Shown in pieces: positions 1 through 12,793 of a stretch of DNA of 64,000 nt. Under the pieces are notes generated by a model, which saw nothing but the letters and a program-made list of their open reading frames with translations, did no database searches and was not told the DNA's origin. Both the position numbers and the translations under genes were made by a program. The stretch lies in NCBI GenBank assembly GCA_950097015.1, contig CATNEN010000031.1:3348001-3412000 (forward strand), read 5' to 3'. The number at the start of each line of letters is the position of its first letter. The first letter of the stretch is position 1. The stretch is from Macrostomum hystrix. Lineage: Eukaryota > Animalia > Platyhelminthes.

Positions 1-1505
1 TCACATTCCCTAACAATCACATTCCCCAGCTATAACATTCCCAACAATCACATTCCCTAACAATCACATTCCCCAGCAATTCATTCCCCAGCAATCAGAT
101 TCCATAACAATCACATTCCCCAGCAATCACATTCCATAACAATCACATTCCCCAGCAATCACATTCCATAACAATCACATTCCATAACAATCACATTCCA
201 TAACAATCACATTCCATAACAAACACATTCCATAACAATCACATTCCATAACAATCACATTCCCCAGCAATCACATTCCCTAACAATCACATTCCCCAGC
301 TATAACATTCCCTAACAATCACATTCCCCAGCTATAACATTCCCTAACAATCACATTCCCAAGCAATCACATTCCAAAACAATCACATTCCATAACAATC
401 ACATTCCCCAGCAATCACATTCCCTAACAATCACATTCCCCAGCAATCACATTCCATAACAATCACATTCCATAACAATCACATTCCATAACAATCACAT
501 TCCATAACAATCACATTCCATAACAATCACATTCCATGACAATCACATTCCCCAGCAATCACATTCCCTAACAATCACATTCCCCAGCTATAACATTCCC
601 AACAATATCATTCCCCAGCTATAACATTCCCAACAATCACATTCTCTAACAATATCATTCCCCAACAATCACATTCGCCAGCAATCACATTCCCCAGCAA
701 TCACATTCCCTAACAATCACATTCCCCAGCTAGCTCGTATAACATTCCCAACAATATCATTCCCCAGCTATAACATTCCCAACAATCACATTCCCTAAAA
801 ATAACATTCCCAGCAATCACATTCCACAACAATAGCATTCCCTAACAATCACATTCCATAACAATCACATTCACCAGCAATCACATTCCATAACAATCAC
901 ATTCACCAGCAATCACATTCCCTAACAATCACATTCCCCAGCTAGCTCGTATAACATTCCCAACAATATCATTCCCCAGCTATAACATTCCCAACAATCA
1001 CATTCCCTAAAAATAACATTCCCAGCAATCACATTCCACAACAATAGCATTCCCTAACAATCACATTCCATAACAATCACATTCACCAGCAATCACATTC
1101 CATAACAATCACATTCACCAGCAATCACATTCTCCAGCAATCACATTCTCCAGCAATCACATTCCATAACAATCACATTCCCCAGCAATCACATTCCCTA
1201 ACAATCACATTTCCCAGCAATCACATTCCCAGCAATCACATTCCATAACAATAACATTCCCAGCAATCACATTCCATAACAATAACATTCCCAGCAATCA
1301 CATTCCATAACAATAACATTCCCAGCAATCACATTCCATAACAATAACATTCCCAGCAATCACATTCCATAACAATAACATTTCCAGCAATCACATTCCC
1401 TAACAATCACATTCCCAGCAATCACATTCCCTAACAATCACATTCACCAGCAATCACATTCCCAGCAATCACATTCCATAACGATAACATTCCCCAACAA
1501 TCACT
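1..1505. repeat. Minisatellite, ~18-20 bp unit (AACAATCACATTCC[C/A]...), runs off the window start
   Basis: Continuous degenerate copies of taacaatcacattcc / cagcaatcacattcc visible from base 1. Confidence 0.95.
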
Positions 1506-1848
1506 TTCCTTCAATTCAGACGAATGAAAACTGTTAGCCCTGTGATTTGGCCAGCCCAAAGGAGAGCAGCTGCTCTATGGCCCTAAAGGCAGAGAGCCAG
1601 TTAAATCTAGTCCACAACTGGTTTTGACTGGCTACATTTTTCAAACTAAACAGACTTCAGGACTCGGGCAATCAGCGACTTTCTCTACTCAGGCAGAGCT
1701 CAACGGTTTGTACTTGTAAATCCACAAATTGAATGACCTTTTTTGCACTTGTCAAACAGAATTTTTTTCGAATAGTTCTTATCGGACTCCTTTCAACCAC
1801 GAGCACTCTGCTGGTTGCGTCTGTGAGCTATTGACCCCCTAGAATAAT

Positions 1849-2165
1849 GCACCCACAGCCATCCCAGTCCTCCCTGAACACCCACAGCCATCCCAGTCCT
1901 TCCTGAACACCCACAGTCATCCCAGTCCTTCCTGAACACCCACAGCCATCCCAGTCCTCCCTGAACACCCACAGCCTTCCCAGTCCTCCCTGAACACCCA
2001 CAGCCATCCCAGCCCTTCCTGAACACCCACAGCCATCCCAGTCCTCCCTGAACACCCACAGCTACCCATCACAGTCCACCTGAACACTCACAGCTACCCA
2101 TCACAGTCCACCTGAACACCCACAGCTACCTATCACAGTCCACCTGAACACCCACAGCTACCCAT
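1849..2165. repeat. Minisatellite, 29-bp unit (CACCCACAGCCATCCCAGTCCTCCCTGAA), ~11 copies
   Basis: Direct tandem copies; explains repetitive ORFs 1793-2059 and 1828-2055. Confidence 0.95.
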
Positions 2166-2190
2166 CCAAGCTGGTACACGACAAACGCAC

Positions 2191-2501
2191 CATCCCTGAT
2201 GCGCATCGTCGAGTAGGACCTCGTCAGTGGAGTGGCAGGCCTTGTTGGCATAGCTGTACCGCTTTCGCATGCTTGGAGCTCTGGCAAGCGGACCCGGCTG
2301 CCCGAGCAGCTCCTCCGGGCACGCGCCAGTGGAAGCCAGCTGGTGTCTGGGCCGGACTGTTGACTGCGGCTGCTGCTGCTGCTGTGTCGGTAGCGTTGGT
2401 GTCATTGGCTGCTGCTGCTGCTGCTGCGGCTGCTGCATTCTAGTCGAGTCTGGCAGGATTGAGAAGTCAGTTTCAAAGCCCGTCTGATTGACAGTCTCTG
2501 G
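2191..2501 (-). CDS. Possible internal exon of an unidentified gene (Q/P-rich)
   Basis: Pyrimidine-rich acceptor cttgcttctgtgcctag before 2501, donor gtgcgt after 2191, and an open frame PETVNQTGFETDFSILPDSTRMQQPQQ...RKRYSYANKACHSTDEVLLDDAHQG. No family recognised. Confidence 0.3.
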
Positions 2502-3038
2502 CTAGGCACAGAAGCAAGCCGTCTTCTATCTGTACTCGCTACTTTGCTATCAAGAATAAAAGATTCTCCGTCGAGGGCTTGGGCAGGGAGGCAAACTTTG
2601 AGCGCAACAAGCCAGCTGAGCTGGCCGGGATTGGCTGTCTTAGGCTAGCCCGACTCTCGGCAGGGACAGGAGTTAGGAGAATCGTGTGAGATTCCCGGAT
2701 GAGACCTGACGAATAGGGACGGCACAGGGGGAGGACTGGGCAGCTGGGCGGCTGGGTGGAGGAAGCTGCGAGCAACACGATTTCCCACGAGGCCGCGACC
2801 TGGGTAGCATCACAGAGTGAGTCTGAGCAGTGTGAGGGATAGGGTGAAGAGCAGCCCGCCTGCCCTATGGAAATATGCTAATCAGATGCGGAGCGGAGCG
2901 GAGGCTGGGCTGCCAGACACTTCAGATCACTTGGACATTGTGAACAGACGGCTGCAATACGCGAGCTTGGATTCCGACTCCGACCTCCGGGTTATTCCAC
3001 TTTCCATCACAGGGTGCCTTGACCCATGGGCTCTGCCT

Positions 3039-3284
3039 CCAATTTCCCTGTGGGGAGGTCACTTGACCCCAGGACTCTGCATCCAATTTCCCTGTGGGAG
3101 GTCACTTGACCCCAGGACTCTGCATCCAATTTCCCTGTGTGGAGGTCACTTGACCCCAGGACTCTGCATCCAATTTCCCTGTGGGGAGGTCACTTGACCC
3201 CAGGACTCTGCATCCAATTTCCCTGTGGGAGGTCACTTGACCCCAGGACTCTGCATCCAATTTCCCTGTGGGGAGGTCACATGA
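3039..3284. repeat. Minisatellite, 43-44 bp unit (GGTCACTTGACCCCAGGACTCTGCATCCAATTTCCCTGTGGGA), ~5-6 copies
   Basis: Direct tandem copies. Confidence 0.95.
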
Positions 3285-4336
3285 CCTTCGCGTGTGAAGG
3301 AAAAAACTAGTACAACAATCAGGCACATGATAACATGAGCACTAATAGAATCGAACTCGGGACCTTAGACTCCCATGTTAGACTCCCAAACGTTAACCCA
3401 ACAAGGCACTGAATCCAAAATTCTAATTGTTCGATTGGTTGAAATTTATCACTACTTTAGCAGACGCAGTAGTATGTTGAGCTCCTGAGTATAGAAATTT
3501 ATACATTTTACGAGATCCTAGAATAGCCTTTAGGTTCAGAAGCACCTCTTCTTAATTAGTTCTGCTTGTACCTCGAGCAAACAATAAGTTTGGTTAAAAA
3601 TAAAATCAATTAACTAAACGAGCTGGAATTTGGGATGAGTGGGATAAAGGTGTTTTGTTTCCTTCAATAGTCATTATGTGGCGGATGCACAAGCTCGAGG
3701 ATAAAGACTAAACACAATCGCCCTGTAACCACAGGACATTGGGCTAGTTACGTTCCGCCCCTCTGCACTGTTCGGGCTGGAATGCGTTGCTAAGGAAGCT
3801 GAAATTATGACAGAAGATAATGAGATAATTTTGCTCAGTAACCGAATTTAATTAGAGCAGCCGGCTCAAGGCGGTTGGGATCTGATAAAGCCGCAGCTCA
3901 GGTTCCCCTTCCCCAATGTCTGCATCCTCCAGTGAGCGGCTCTTTCGCTCCACCAGCGCCGATAAGCCTAGCCTGGGATGCGAGAGCGTCAGGGGATAAT
4001 TTGCAGGGGAAAATAGCATAAGAGACAGTTGGGAATAGCAGCAGGGTATTGAGGATTTATCGAACTATAGGCTTCGAGAAGTTTGCAACTTTTCTTACGT
4101 AGCCCAGATTAAAGACGCGAATTATCCTGCCGGGTTTTAGGTTCCCTTCCCCAACTCTGTCAGGCTCCAACTGAACTCTGGTTTTTGCCATCCGAATTGA
4201 ACCCACTCGATACACTTTAACTGCTCCAGATGATACTTCAGTACTCCGGATAGCCTAGCTCACTATTTAGCAAAGGTAGCCCTCCCTACCTTTTACCTGC
4301 ACTTTAACAAAATCTGTCTATTTACTGATGAAGTCT

Positions 4337-4948
4337 TCCTGTGTTCTTGTCAACTGTAGCACCCGCTGTATTCTTGTGTTCTTGTCAGCTGTAGTACCCG
4401 CTGTATTCCCGTGTTCTTGTCAGCTGTAGCACCCGCTGTATTCTTGTGTTCTTGTCAACTGTAACACCCGCTGTATTCCTGTGTTCTTGTCAACTGTAAC
4501 ACCCGCTGTCTTCTTGTCAACTGTAACACCCGCTGTCTTCTTGTCAGCTGTAGCACCCGCTGTATTCTTGTCTTCTTGTCAGCTGTAACACCCGCTGTAT
4601 TCTTGTGTTCTTGTCAGCTGTAACACCCGCTGTATTCTTGTGTTCTTGTCAGCTGTAACACCCGCTGTATTCTTGTGTTCTTGTCAGCTGTAACACCCGC
4701 TGTATTCTTGTGTTCTTGTCAGCTGTAACACCCGCTGTATTCTTGTGTTCTTGTCAACTGTAACACCCGCTGTCTTCTTGTCAGCTGTAACACCCGCTGT
4801 CTTCTTGTCAGCTGTAACACCCGCTGTCTTCTTGTCAACTGTAACACCCGCTGTCTTCTTGTCAGCTGTAACACCCGCTGTCTTCTTGTCAACTGTAACA
4901 CCCGCTGTCTTCTTGTCAGCTGTAACACCCGCTGTCTTCTTGTCAGCT
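4337..4948. repeat. Minisatellite with 35-bp and 27-bp unit variants (CTTGTCAGCTGTAACACCCGCTGT...)
   Basis: Direct tandem copies; the shorter variant dominates the 3' part. Confidence 0.95.
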
Positions 4949-5662
4949 CAAACCCTCTAGTCAGCGGTAATACACACAGTCCTTTGGTCAGCAATCAGTA
5001 AATGAACATGCTAAACTCTCAGAGAGCTCACTTACCTTTGATCTGCTCTAGGCTCTGGTAACGCCTAAACAGGTAGTGAGGAAACCTGGGCCGGCCCTGT
5101 CTCACAGGAGCCCTATCCGGCTGCTGCATGGGATTGTCAAGTCTGGAAGGCTTGAAGACTATTCAGCTGGATCTAAGGCCGCACCCAAAGCGTTTGGGCT
5201 AAGGTTGAAGCACCTAGTAGAGACTTGGAGGCTGCTGCGGTATATAAGTACAGGAATCGGCCTATATCTAGGGTCTGGGCGAGCTGGGGAGAGAAACATT
5301 GGTGCCGAGCTGCGCCTGTCCCATTGGAGGGAAGCGAACAGGAAAGGATAATCCTAATAGGGATCAGTGAGATCACGGAGATAGTGAGGGGGGTAGATAG
5401 AAGAGGACACTGCACAAGCTTGACTAAAGCGCGCCAGCTCAACTTGTTGGTGACAGCCTGATTGGCTGATTGGTATGTCGGGGGGAGATGTGATTTATCG
5501 GATCTTTGACGACTGCCGACTTGCGTGCTCTGCTTCAACTTTAAGAGCGCTTGGTCGAAATGTTTTTTCACGGTAGACAAAAACCATTTCTAGGGCTTTG
5601 CGTAATCTTGGGACACATTCGCACATCCGGATCATTATTGATTGACTCACCTTTTATGTCAT

Positions 5663-7257
5663 TGTGCCATGAACACTCCATGGAAATGAGGAGCTGTGCC
5701 ATCAACACTCCATGGAAATGAGGAGCTGTGCCATCAATACTCCATGGAAATGAGGAGCTGTGCCATCAATACTCTATGGAAATGAGGAGCTGTGTCATCA
5801 ATACTCCATGAAAATGAGGAGCTGTGCCATCAACACTCCATGGAAATGAGGAGCTGTGCCATCAACACTCCATGGAAATGAGGAGCTGTGCCATCAATAC
5901 TCTATGGAAATGAGGAGCTGTGCCATCAACACTCCATGGAAATGAGGAGCTGTGCCATCAACACTCCATGGAAATGAGGAGCTGTGCCATCAATACTCTA
6001 TGGAAATGAGGAGCTGTGCCATCAATACTCTATGGAAATGAGGAGCTGTGCCATCAACACTCCATGGAAATGAGGAGCTGTGCCATCAATACTCTATGGA
6101 AATGAGGAGCTGTGCCATCAACACTCCATGGAAATGAGGAGCTGTGCCATCAATACTCCATGGAAATGAGGAGCTGTGCCATCAATACTCTATGGAAATG
6201 AGGAGCTGTGCCATCAACACTCCATGGAAATGAGGAGCTGTGCCATCAATACTCTACGGAAATGAGGAGCTGTGCCATCAACACTCCATGGAAATGAGGA
6301 GCTGTGCCATCAACACTCCATGGAAATGAGGAGCTGTTCCATCAATACTCTATGGAAATGAGGAGCTGTGCCATCAATACTCTATGGAAATGAGGAGCTG
6401 TGCCATCAATACTCTATGGAAATGAGGAGCTGTGCCATCAATACTCTATGGAAATGAGGAGCTGTGCCATCAATACTCTATGGAAATGAGGAGCTGTGCC
6501 ATCAACACTCCATGGAAATGAGGAGCTGTGCCATCAATACTCCATGGAAATGAGGAGCTGTGCCATCAATACTCTATGGAAATGAGGAGCTGTGCCATCA
6601 ATACTCCATGGAAATGAGGAGCTGTGCCATCAATACTCTATGGAAATGAGGAGCTGTGCCATCAACACTCCATGGAAATGAGGAGCTGTGCCATCAACAC
6701 TCCATGGAAATGAGGAGCTGTGCCATCAACACTCCATGGAAATGAGGAGCTGTGCCATCAACACTCCATGGAAATGAGGAGCTGTGCCATCAATACTCTA
6801 CGGAAATGAGGAGCTGTGCCATCAACACTCCATGGAAATGAGGAGCTGTGCCATCAACACTCCATGGAAATGAGGAGCTGTTCCATCAATACTCTATGGA
6901 AATGAGGAGCTGTGCCATCAATACTCTATGGAAATGAGGAGCTGTGCCATCAATACTCTATGGAAATGAGGAGCTGTGCCATCAATACTCTATGGAAATG
7001 AGGAGCTGTGCCATCAATACTCTATGGAAATGAGGAGCTGTGCCATCAATACTCTATGGAAATGAGGAGCTGTGCCATCAATACTCTATGGAATTGAGGA
7101 GCTGTGCCATCAATACTCTATGGAAATGAGGAGCTGTGTCATCAATACTCTATGGAAATGAGGAGCTGTGCCATCAATACTCCATGGAAATGAGGAGCTG
7201 TGCCATCAACACTCCATGGAAATGAGGAGCTGTGTCATCAAACACTCCATGGAAATA
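5663..7257. repeat. Minisatellite, 32-bp unit (TGTGCCATCAACACTCCATGGAAATGAGGAGC), ~50 copies
   Basis: Period 32 measured (5695 to 5727); near-identical units with no spacers. Confidence 0.97.
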
Positions 7258-7864
7258 AAAAATGACATCACACAGGCTTGTGATCGATTATGCCCGACAA
7301 GATAGACAAATGCTGTGAGAGAACACTTGAAAATGAGAGTTACAAAAACACCGGATAGCCCCACTGGCCAATCAGAAAACAGACTCGCCTGAGTACACAT
7401 TTGTTAGAAGACTTAAGGATTGCGAATTCCCGTCCGCCATTATCATGCAAGCCAATTTTGAAATGTCCATCATTTACTTATGGCTTGCTTATCATTTAAT
7501 TACGTCAGTGGTGTACAGATCACTCGATAACGTGTTGAACAATGCCCGGCACCCCCAATTGAATGAAATATTTGGCGTGAGGTGGGTGTCGGAACATCGA
7601 GCCCCAATAAGTTCAACAGAGAACGGCTCACGTTCTCACAGAGAATACGCTCAGTCGCCACTCAGACCGCTAATATACATTCGCTCAGCCAATCAGAGGT
7701 CTGCTTGGGAGTGAAATTTTGTCTGGCTGAAAAGTGTTGGCACAACCTCCTCACTCCGCCGCGATAAAAAACGGGCCCAAGTCTGCTGTGAGAAAATTAA
7801 AATTCGCAACTTGCACTTGAATCCGCTGACTTAGCCCAGTGCCAGCGACAGGATAACAGAAGAC

Positions 7865-8098
7865 ATGACCTACTCAAGTAAGCATAGACTGCCACTGCTG
7901 CTGCTAACTGGGGCCATACTGCTAGCTGCTCTGGCGCCACCATCAGCGTTCAAGGCCGACGCCCTGATGTTGCCGGAAACTCGGCAAATGGTGAAACGCG
8001 GAGCCGAAGTCAACGTGATGCGTGTAATTATCTGCAAAAGATTTCAAGACGCCAAGATCAATCCGCCGAAGGGAGTCGACTGCTCTGTAGTTAACTGA
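7865..8098 (+). CDS. Putative small secreted prepro-peptide (77 aa)
   Basis: ATG-initiated ORF: basic N-terminus plus hydrophobic core (LPLLLLTGAILLAALA) ending ADA, then a short pro-region, a KR site, and a 32-aa C-terminal peptide with two Cys. Confidence 0.5.
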   Translation: MTYSSKHRLPLLLLTGAILLAALAPPSAFKADALMLPETRQMVKRGAEVNVMRVIICKRFQDAKINPPKGVDCSVVN

Positions 8099-8608
8099 TC
8101 CCATTGAGCCCATAGACTAAACCAGCTGATTGCATTTAATTACTGAGAGAATTTGTGTCGCTTTTTATATTTTATCTGGCCATAGAGTCTTGACACGAAT
8201 GTACTTTTTATCTCCTTTATATTATTCTTGATATTTCAGAGCCTGGAAATGATTGACAAGACTGGCTGAGTATTTTAGCCAAAGCATTCAATATACTTAC
8301 TAAAAATATCCACCAGCTTAATTTGGCTGATTTGCGAAATAAGAAATTAGCATCAACAAATCAAATAGAATCGAAGATGACTCAACTAAACTTGTGGATC
8401 GCTATTTTAAAGATCCCATTCATTTTTTTTACTTTCAAGCAGTTCAAATAAGGATCTATCAAAGCGCGATCTTTGTGTTCTTATAACAGGCCAGGTCATT
8501 GCCAGTAGGGCTAAAAAAACATATTTTTACAGTTAAGTTTGTAGCCTGACTTAAGGGTTAAAATTAGCTTCAAATATTGCTGCGCCCTCCAAATTCCATA
8601 CTGCTCAA

Positions 8609-10212
8609 CTATCTGTCACTCTGGCGGCGCAGCATCCTCACTATCTGTCACTCTGGTAGGGCAGCAACCTCACTATCTGTCACTCTGGTAGGGCAGCAAC
8701 CTCACTATCTGTCACTCTGGTAGGGCAGCAACCTCACTATCTGTCACTCTGGCGGCGCAGCATCCTCACTATCTGTCACTCTGGTAGGGCAGCAACCTCA
8801 CTATCTGTCACTCTGGCGGCGCAGCATCCTCACTATCTGTCACTCTGGTAGGGCAGCAACCTCACTATCTGTCACTCTGGTAGGGCAGCAACCTCAATAT
8901 CTGTCCCTCTGGTAGGGCAGCAACCTCACTATCTGTCACTCTGGTAGGGCAGCAACCTCACTATCTGTCACTCTGGTAGGGCTGCAACCTCCATATCTGT
9001 CACTCTGGTAGGGCAGCAACCTCACTATCTGTCACTCTGGTAGGGCAGCAACCTCACTATCTGTCACTCTGGTAGGGCAGCAACCTCACTATCTGTCACT
9101 CTGGTAGGGCAGCAACCTCACTATCTGTCACTCTGGTAGGGCAGCAACCTCACTATCTGTCACTCTGGTAGGGCAGCAACCTCACTATCTGTCACTCTGG
9201 TAGGGCTGCAACCTCCATATCTGTCACTCTGGTAGGGCAGCAACCTCACTATCTGTCACTCTGGTAGGGCAGCAACCTAACTATCTGTCACTCTGGTAGG
9301 GCAGCAACCTCACTATCTGTCACTCTGGTAGGGCAGCAACCTCACTATCTGTCACTCTGGTAGGGCAGCAACCTCACTATCTGTCACTCTGGTAGGGCAG
9401 CAACCTCACTATCTGTCACTCTGGCGGCGCAGCATCCTCACTATCTGTCACTCTGGTAGGGCAGCAACCTCACTATCTGTCACTCTGGTAGGGCAGCAAC
9501 CTAACTATCTGTCACTCTGGTAGGGCAGCAACCTAACTATCTGTCACTCTGGTAGGGCAGCAACCTCACTATCTGTCACTCTGGTAGGGCAGCAACCTCA
9601 ATATCTGTCACTCTGGTAGGGCAGCAACCTCACTATCTGTCACTCTGGTAGGGCAGCAACCTCACTATCTGTCACTCTGGCGGCGCAGCAACCTCACTAT
9701 CTGTCACTCTGGTGGCGCAGCACCCTCACTATCTGTCACTCTGGTGGCGCAGCACCCTCACTATCTGTCACTCTGGCGGCGCAGCACCCTCACTATCTGT
9801 CACTCTGGCGGCGCAGCAACCTCACTATCTGTCACTCTGTACTCTGGTGGCGCAGCATCCTCTCTATCTGTCACTCTGTTGGCGCAGCATCCTCACTATC
9901 TGTCACTCTGGTGGCGCAGCATCCTCACTATCTGTCACTCTGGTGGCGCAGCATCCTCACTATCTGTCACTCTGGTGGCGCAGCATCCTCACTATCTGTC
10001 ACTCTGGTGGCGCAGCACCCTCACTATCTGTCACTCTGGTGGCGCAGCACCCTCACTATCTGACACTCTAGTGGCGCAGCATCCTCACTATCTGTCACTC
10101 TGGTGGCGCAGCACCCTCACTATCTGACACTCTGGTGGCGCAGCACCCTCACTATCTGACACTCTGGTGGCGCAGCATCCTCACTATCTGTCACTCTGGT
10201 GGCGCAGCACCC
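8609..10212. repeat. Minisatellite, 32-bp unit (CTATCTGTCACTCTGGTAGGGCAGCAACCTCA), ~50 copies
   Basis: Period 32 measured (8609 to 8641); variant tagggcagcaacc dominates the 5' part and tggcgcagcatcc the 3' part. Confidence 0.97.
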
Positions 10213-10744
10213 TTATAATCTGAGGATCTATAGTAACCTCTAGTAGCTCGCTTGTAATTCTCAGGAATTTAAATTTACGAGGCAAAAAGTTCTTTACCTT
10301 TTTTCGTTTTGTTGCGGCCTCCAGAATTTTTAGCTCAGAAAAGAAAGTGTCTCTATTTACTCAACGTATAATAGTTCCATGCCTAGACGGCTTTAGGTTG
10401 GCAAAACTTATAAGAGAAATTTGCATAAAGCTGATGAGATAAAAGGGGGTCATCAACCGGATTTGCATATTCACTCATACTGAGGCTTGTTAACTCTCCC
10501 TCCGCCTCTGCGTCTCCGGTCTGGATAATCCTTAATCTGATACGTGCGAAAGACCTTAAATAAATGTACTTTCACACTCGAATAATCAGATACAGCTAAT
10601 GAGATATAAGATTCCATAAAGTATATGGGCACGCACTATGACTGTACTATTATAAACCTTCACCAGCTATTAACTGCAGAACAGAATTTTGCGAAGAAGT
10701 ATGTGTGAAGGGAGATAGGAGAGGTATTGTGAAGGTATCGGCAA

Positions 10745-10995
10745 ACATGGGGCCATTGTGAAGGGAGACATGGTGGACATTGTGAAGAAAGTCATGGTGG
10801 ACATTCTGAAGGGAGGCATGGGAGACATTGTGAAGGGAGACATGGTGGACATTGGGAAGGGAGGCATTGTGGACATTGTGAAGGGAGCTAGATAAGAGGC
10901 ATTGTGAAGGGAGACATGGTGGACATTGTGAAAGGAGACATGGGAGACATTGTGAAGGGAGCTAGATAAGAGGCATTGTGCAGGGAGACAAGGGA
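10745..10995. repeat. Minisatellite, ~24-bp unit (GGACATTGTGAAGGGAGACATGGT)
   Basis: Degenerate direct tandem copies. Confidence 0.9.
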
Positions 10996-11524
10996 GAGAT
11001 GAGTGGTTGTGAGCTAGCTCGGTCATCTCACTTTAGTCGAAGTCAATTTCACAAACAGCCAGGGCATTCTCGCAAAGGCAGCACTTATTTGTACTCTAAG
11101 ACTGCCGCTCGAACCGGTTCGGCTCTGGTTGGTCGCGAACTGGCTCGAGACTGTTCTCACTCTTCACCGGCGCCCAAGACAGCTGCCAGCCCTCTGTCCC
11201 ACTGGGGAGAGGAACAATGCAAATGCCCGACAAGCGCACATTGACTGTTTTTTTGTCAACGCAGGACAGCGGTTTCAGGCAGAAAAAACCAGCTCATAAT
11301 CATCTGCTGCTGCTGCTTTTTACAAGGGCCTTGAGTACAGTCAAGAACAGCAACGATATAGTAGACTATAAAAATCGATTCAAAACTGTTGGTGTTTACA
11401 GGTCCAAAAAAGCGTTGGCTAAAATTAACGAAAACCCCACATGTGGTTACTTGAAGAACCTCTTGATAAAATAAAAAATCGGTGAGTTGCATTCATTTAA
11501 GTTGTGGCTTGAGAATAAAGATCG

Positions 11525-11925
11525 ACCTGGAACGGCTTGGAACCCAACTAAAGGACCTGGAATGGGTTGGAAACCCACTAAAGGACCTGGAATGGGTTGG
11601 AAACCCATTAAAGGACCTGGAATGGGTTGGAAACCCACTAAAGGACGTGGAATGGGTAGGAAACCCACTAAATGACCTGGAATGGGTTGGAAACCCACTA
11701 AAGGACGTGGAATGGGTAGGAAACCCACTAAAGGACCTGGAATGGGTTGGAAACCCACTAAAGGACCTGGAATGGGTTGGAAACCCACTAAAGGACCTGG
11801 AATGGGTTGGAAACCCACTAAAGGACCTGGAATGGGTTGGAAACCCACTAAAGGACCTGGAATGGGTTGGAAACCCACTAAAGGACCTGGAATGGGTTGG
11901 AAACCCACTAAAGGACCTGCAAGGG
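11525..11925. repeat. Minisatellite, 30-bp unit (GGACCTGGAATGGGTTGGAAACCCACTAAA), ~13 copies
   Basis: Direct tandem copies; explains six overlapping 10-aa-repeat ORFs. Confidence 0.97.
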
Positions 11926-11952
11926 GTTAGGATCTCGAAGGGATTAGGATCT

Positions 11953-12138
11953 TTCTCATCGTCAGGCAGTGTACACTTCACTGTGCCTTGGAGGTTGGCC
12001 CTTAAGGGCGTAAATTGCACGACAAGCCCTCAAGCCTTCTCTCCGCGGCTGCGCCCCAAATAAATGTGGACTCGTCGTGGAATCGAACTTAGGGACCTTG
12101 GTGCGAGAGGCAAACGCTTTAACCGCTCTGCCACTGAC
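11953..12138 (-). mobile_element. tRNA-derived SINE, family A (3'-truncated copy)
   Basis: Minus strand has A-box TGGCAGAGCGG and B-box GTTCGATTC; the body matches copies at 32046 and 56410. Confidence 0.8.
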
Positions 12139-12144
12139 CGCCCT

Positions 12145-12272
12145 GGAAGGGGTTAGGACCAGGAAGGGGTTAGGACCAGGAAGGGGTTAGGACCAGGAAG
12201 GGGTTAGGACCAGGAAGGGGTTAGGACCAGGAAGGGGTTAGGACCAGGAAGGGGTTAGGACCTGGAAGGGGT
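12145..12272. repeat. Minisatellite, 17-bp unit (GGAAGGGGTTAGGACCA)
   Basis: About 7 direct copies. Confidence 0.9.
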
Positions 12273-12793
12273 TGTAACCACACTGAAGAACCTGGAATCT
12301 TTAGAAACCACGCCAAGAGACCCTGAAAGAATAGGAGCAACACCGAATGACTTGGAAGGATTAGTATCTAATCACGCTGAGCTCAAAAGTTTTCTATTGC
12401 AAGCAGTAGAGCTGAATAAGTTTCTCTGATAGAAAATAAAAAGAAAAAGAAAAAATTTTGCCTTGCAAAATTAACTTTTTTAATTTTGATTATTTAGATA
12501 TTTACGTACGAGATAATAAAAATGATAATACGCGCTCGTATAAAGGAGAAACTAATTTATCTCTGGTACGAGCGTAGCTCTACTTAACTCAGAGATTTAT
12601 AGATTTCCGCTGTTTTCAGACTGAGGCTGTCATATAAGCTCATATGGTAAGATTATGGACAATAAAGTTGTATATAGAAACAAGAAACAAGAAACAAGAA
12701 ACAAGAAAAACAAGTTATATAGGTGTGTATAAGGCGACTTATACACAATAGCCTGCTATACTACTGCTCGATGCAGTTCGGCAGTAGTATAAA

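Noticed and set aside
11030-11470. GC-richer island with short ORFs on both strands
   Set aside because: Plausible splice signals exist on both strands but there is no recognisable motif or consistent exon chain.
11447-12063. Long periodic ORFs here and at 4719-4994, 9712-10127, 14576-15936, 26513-27344, 30192-30563, 32870-33455, 35634-36029 and 61776-62607
   Set aside because: They are translations of stop-free minisatellite units, open in several frames and strands, and mostly lie in introns of identified genes.
12145-12272. Interstitial telomeric repeat
   Set aside because: GGGGTTAG is embedded in a 17-bp unit rather than a (TTAGGG)n run.
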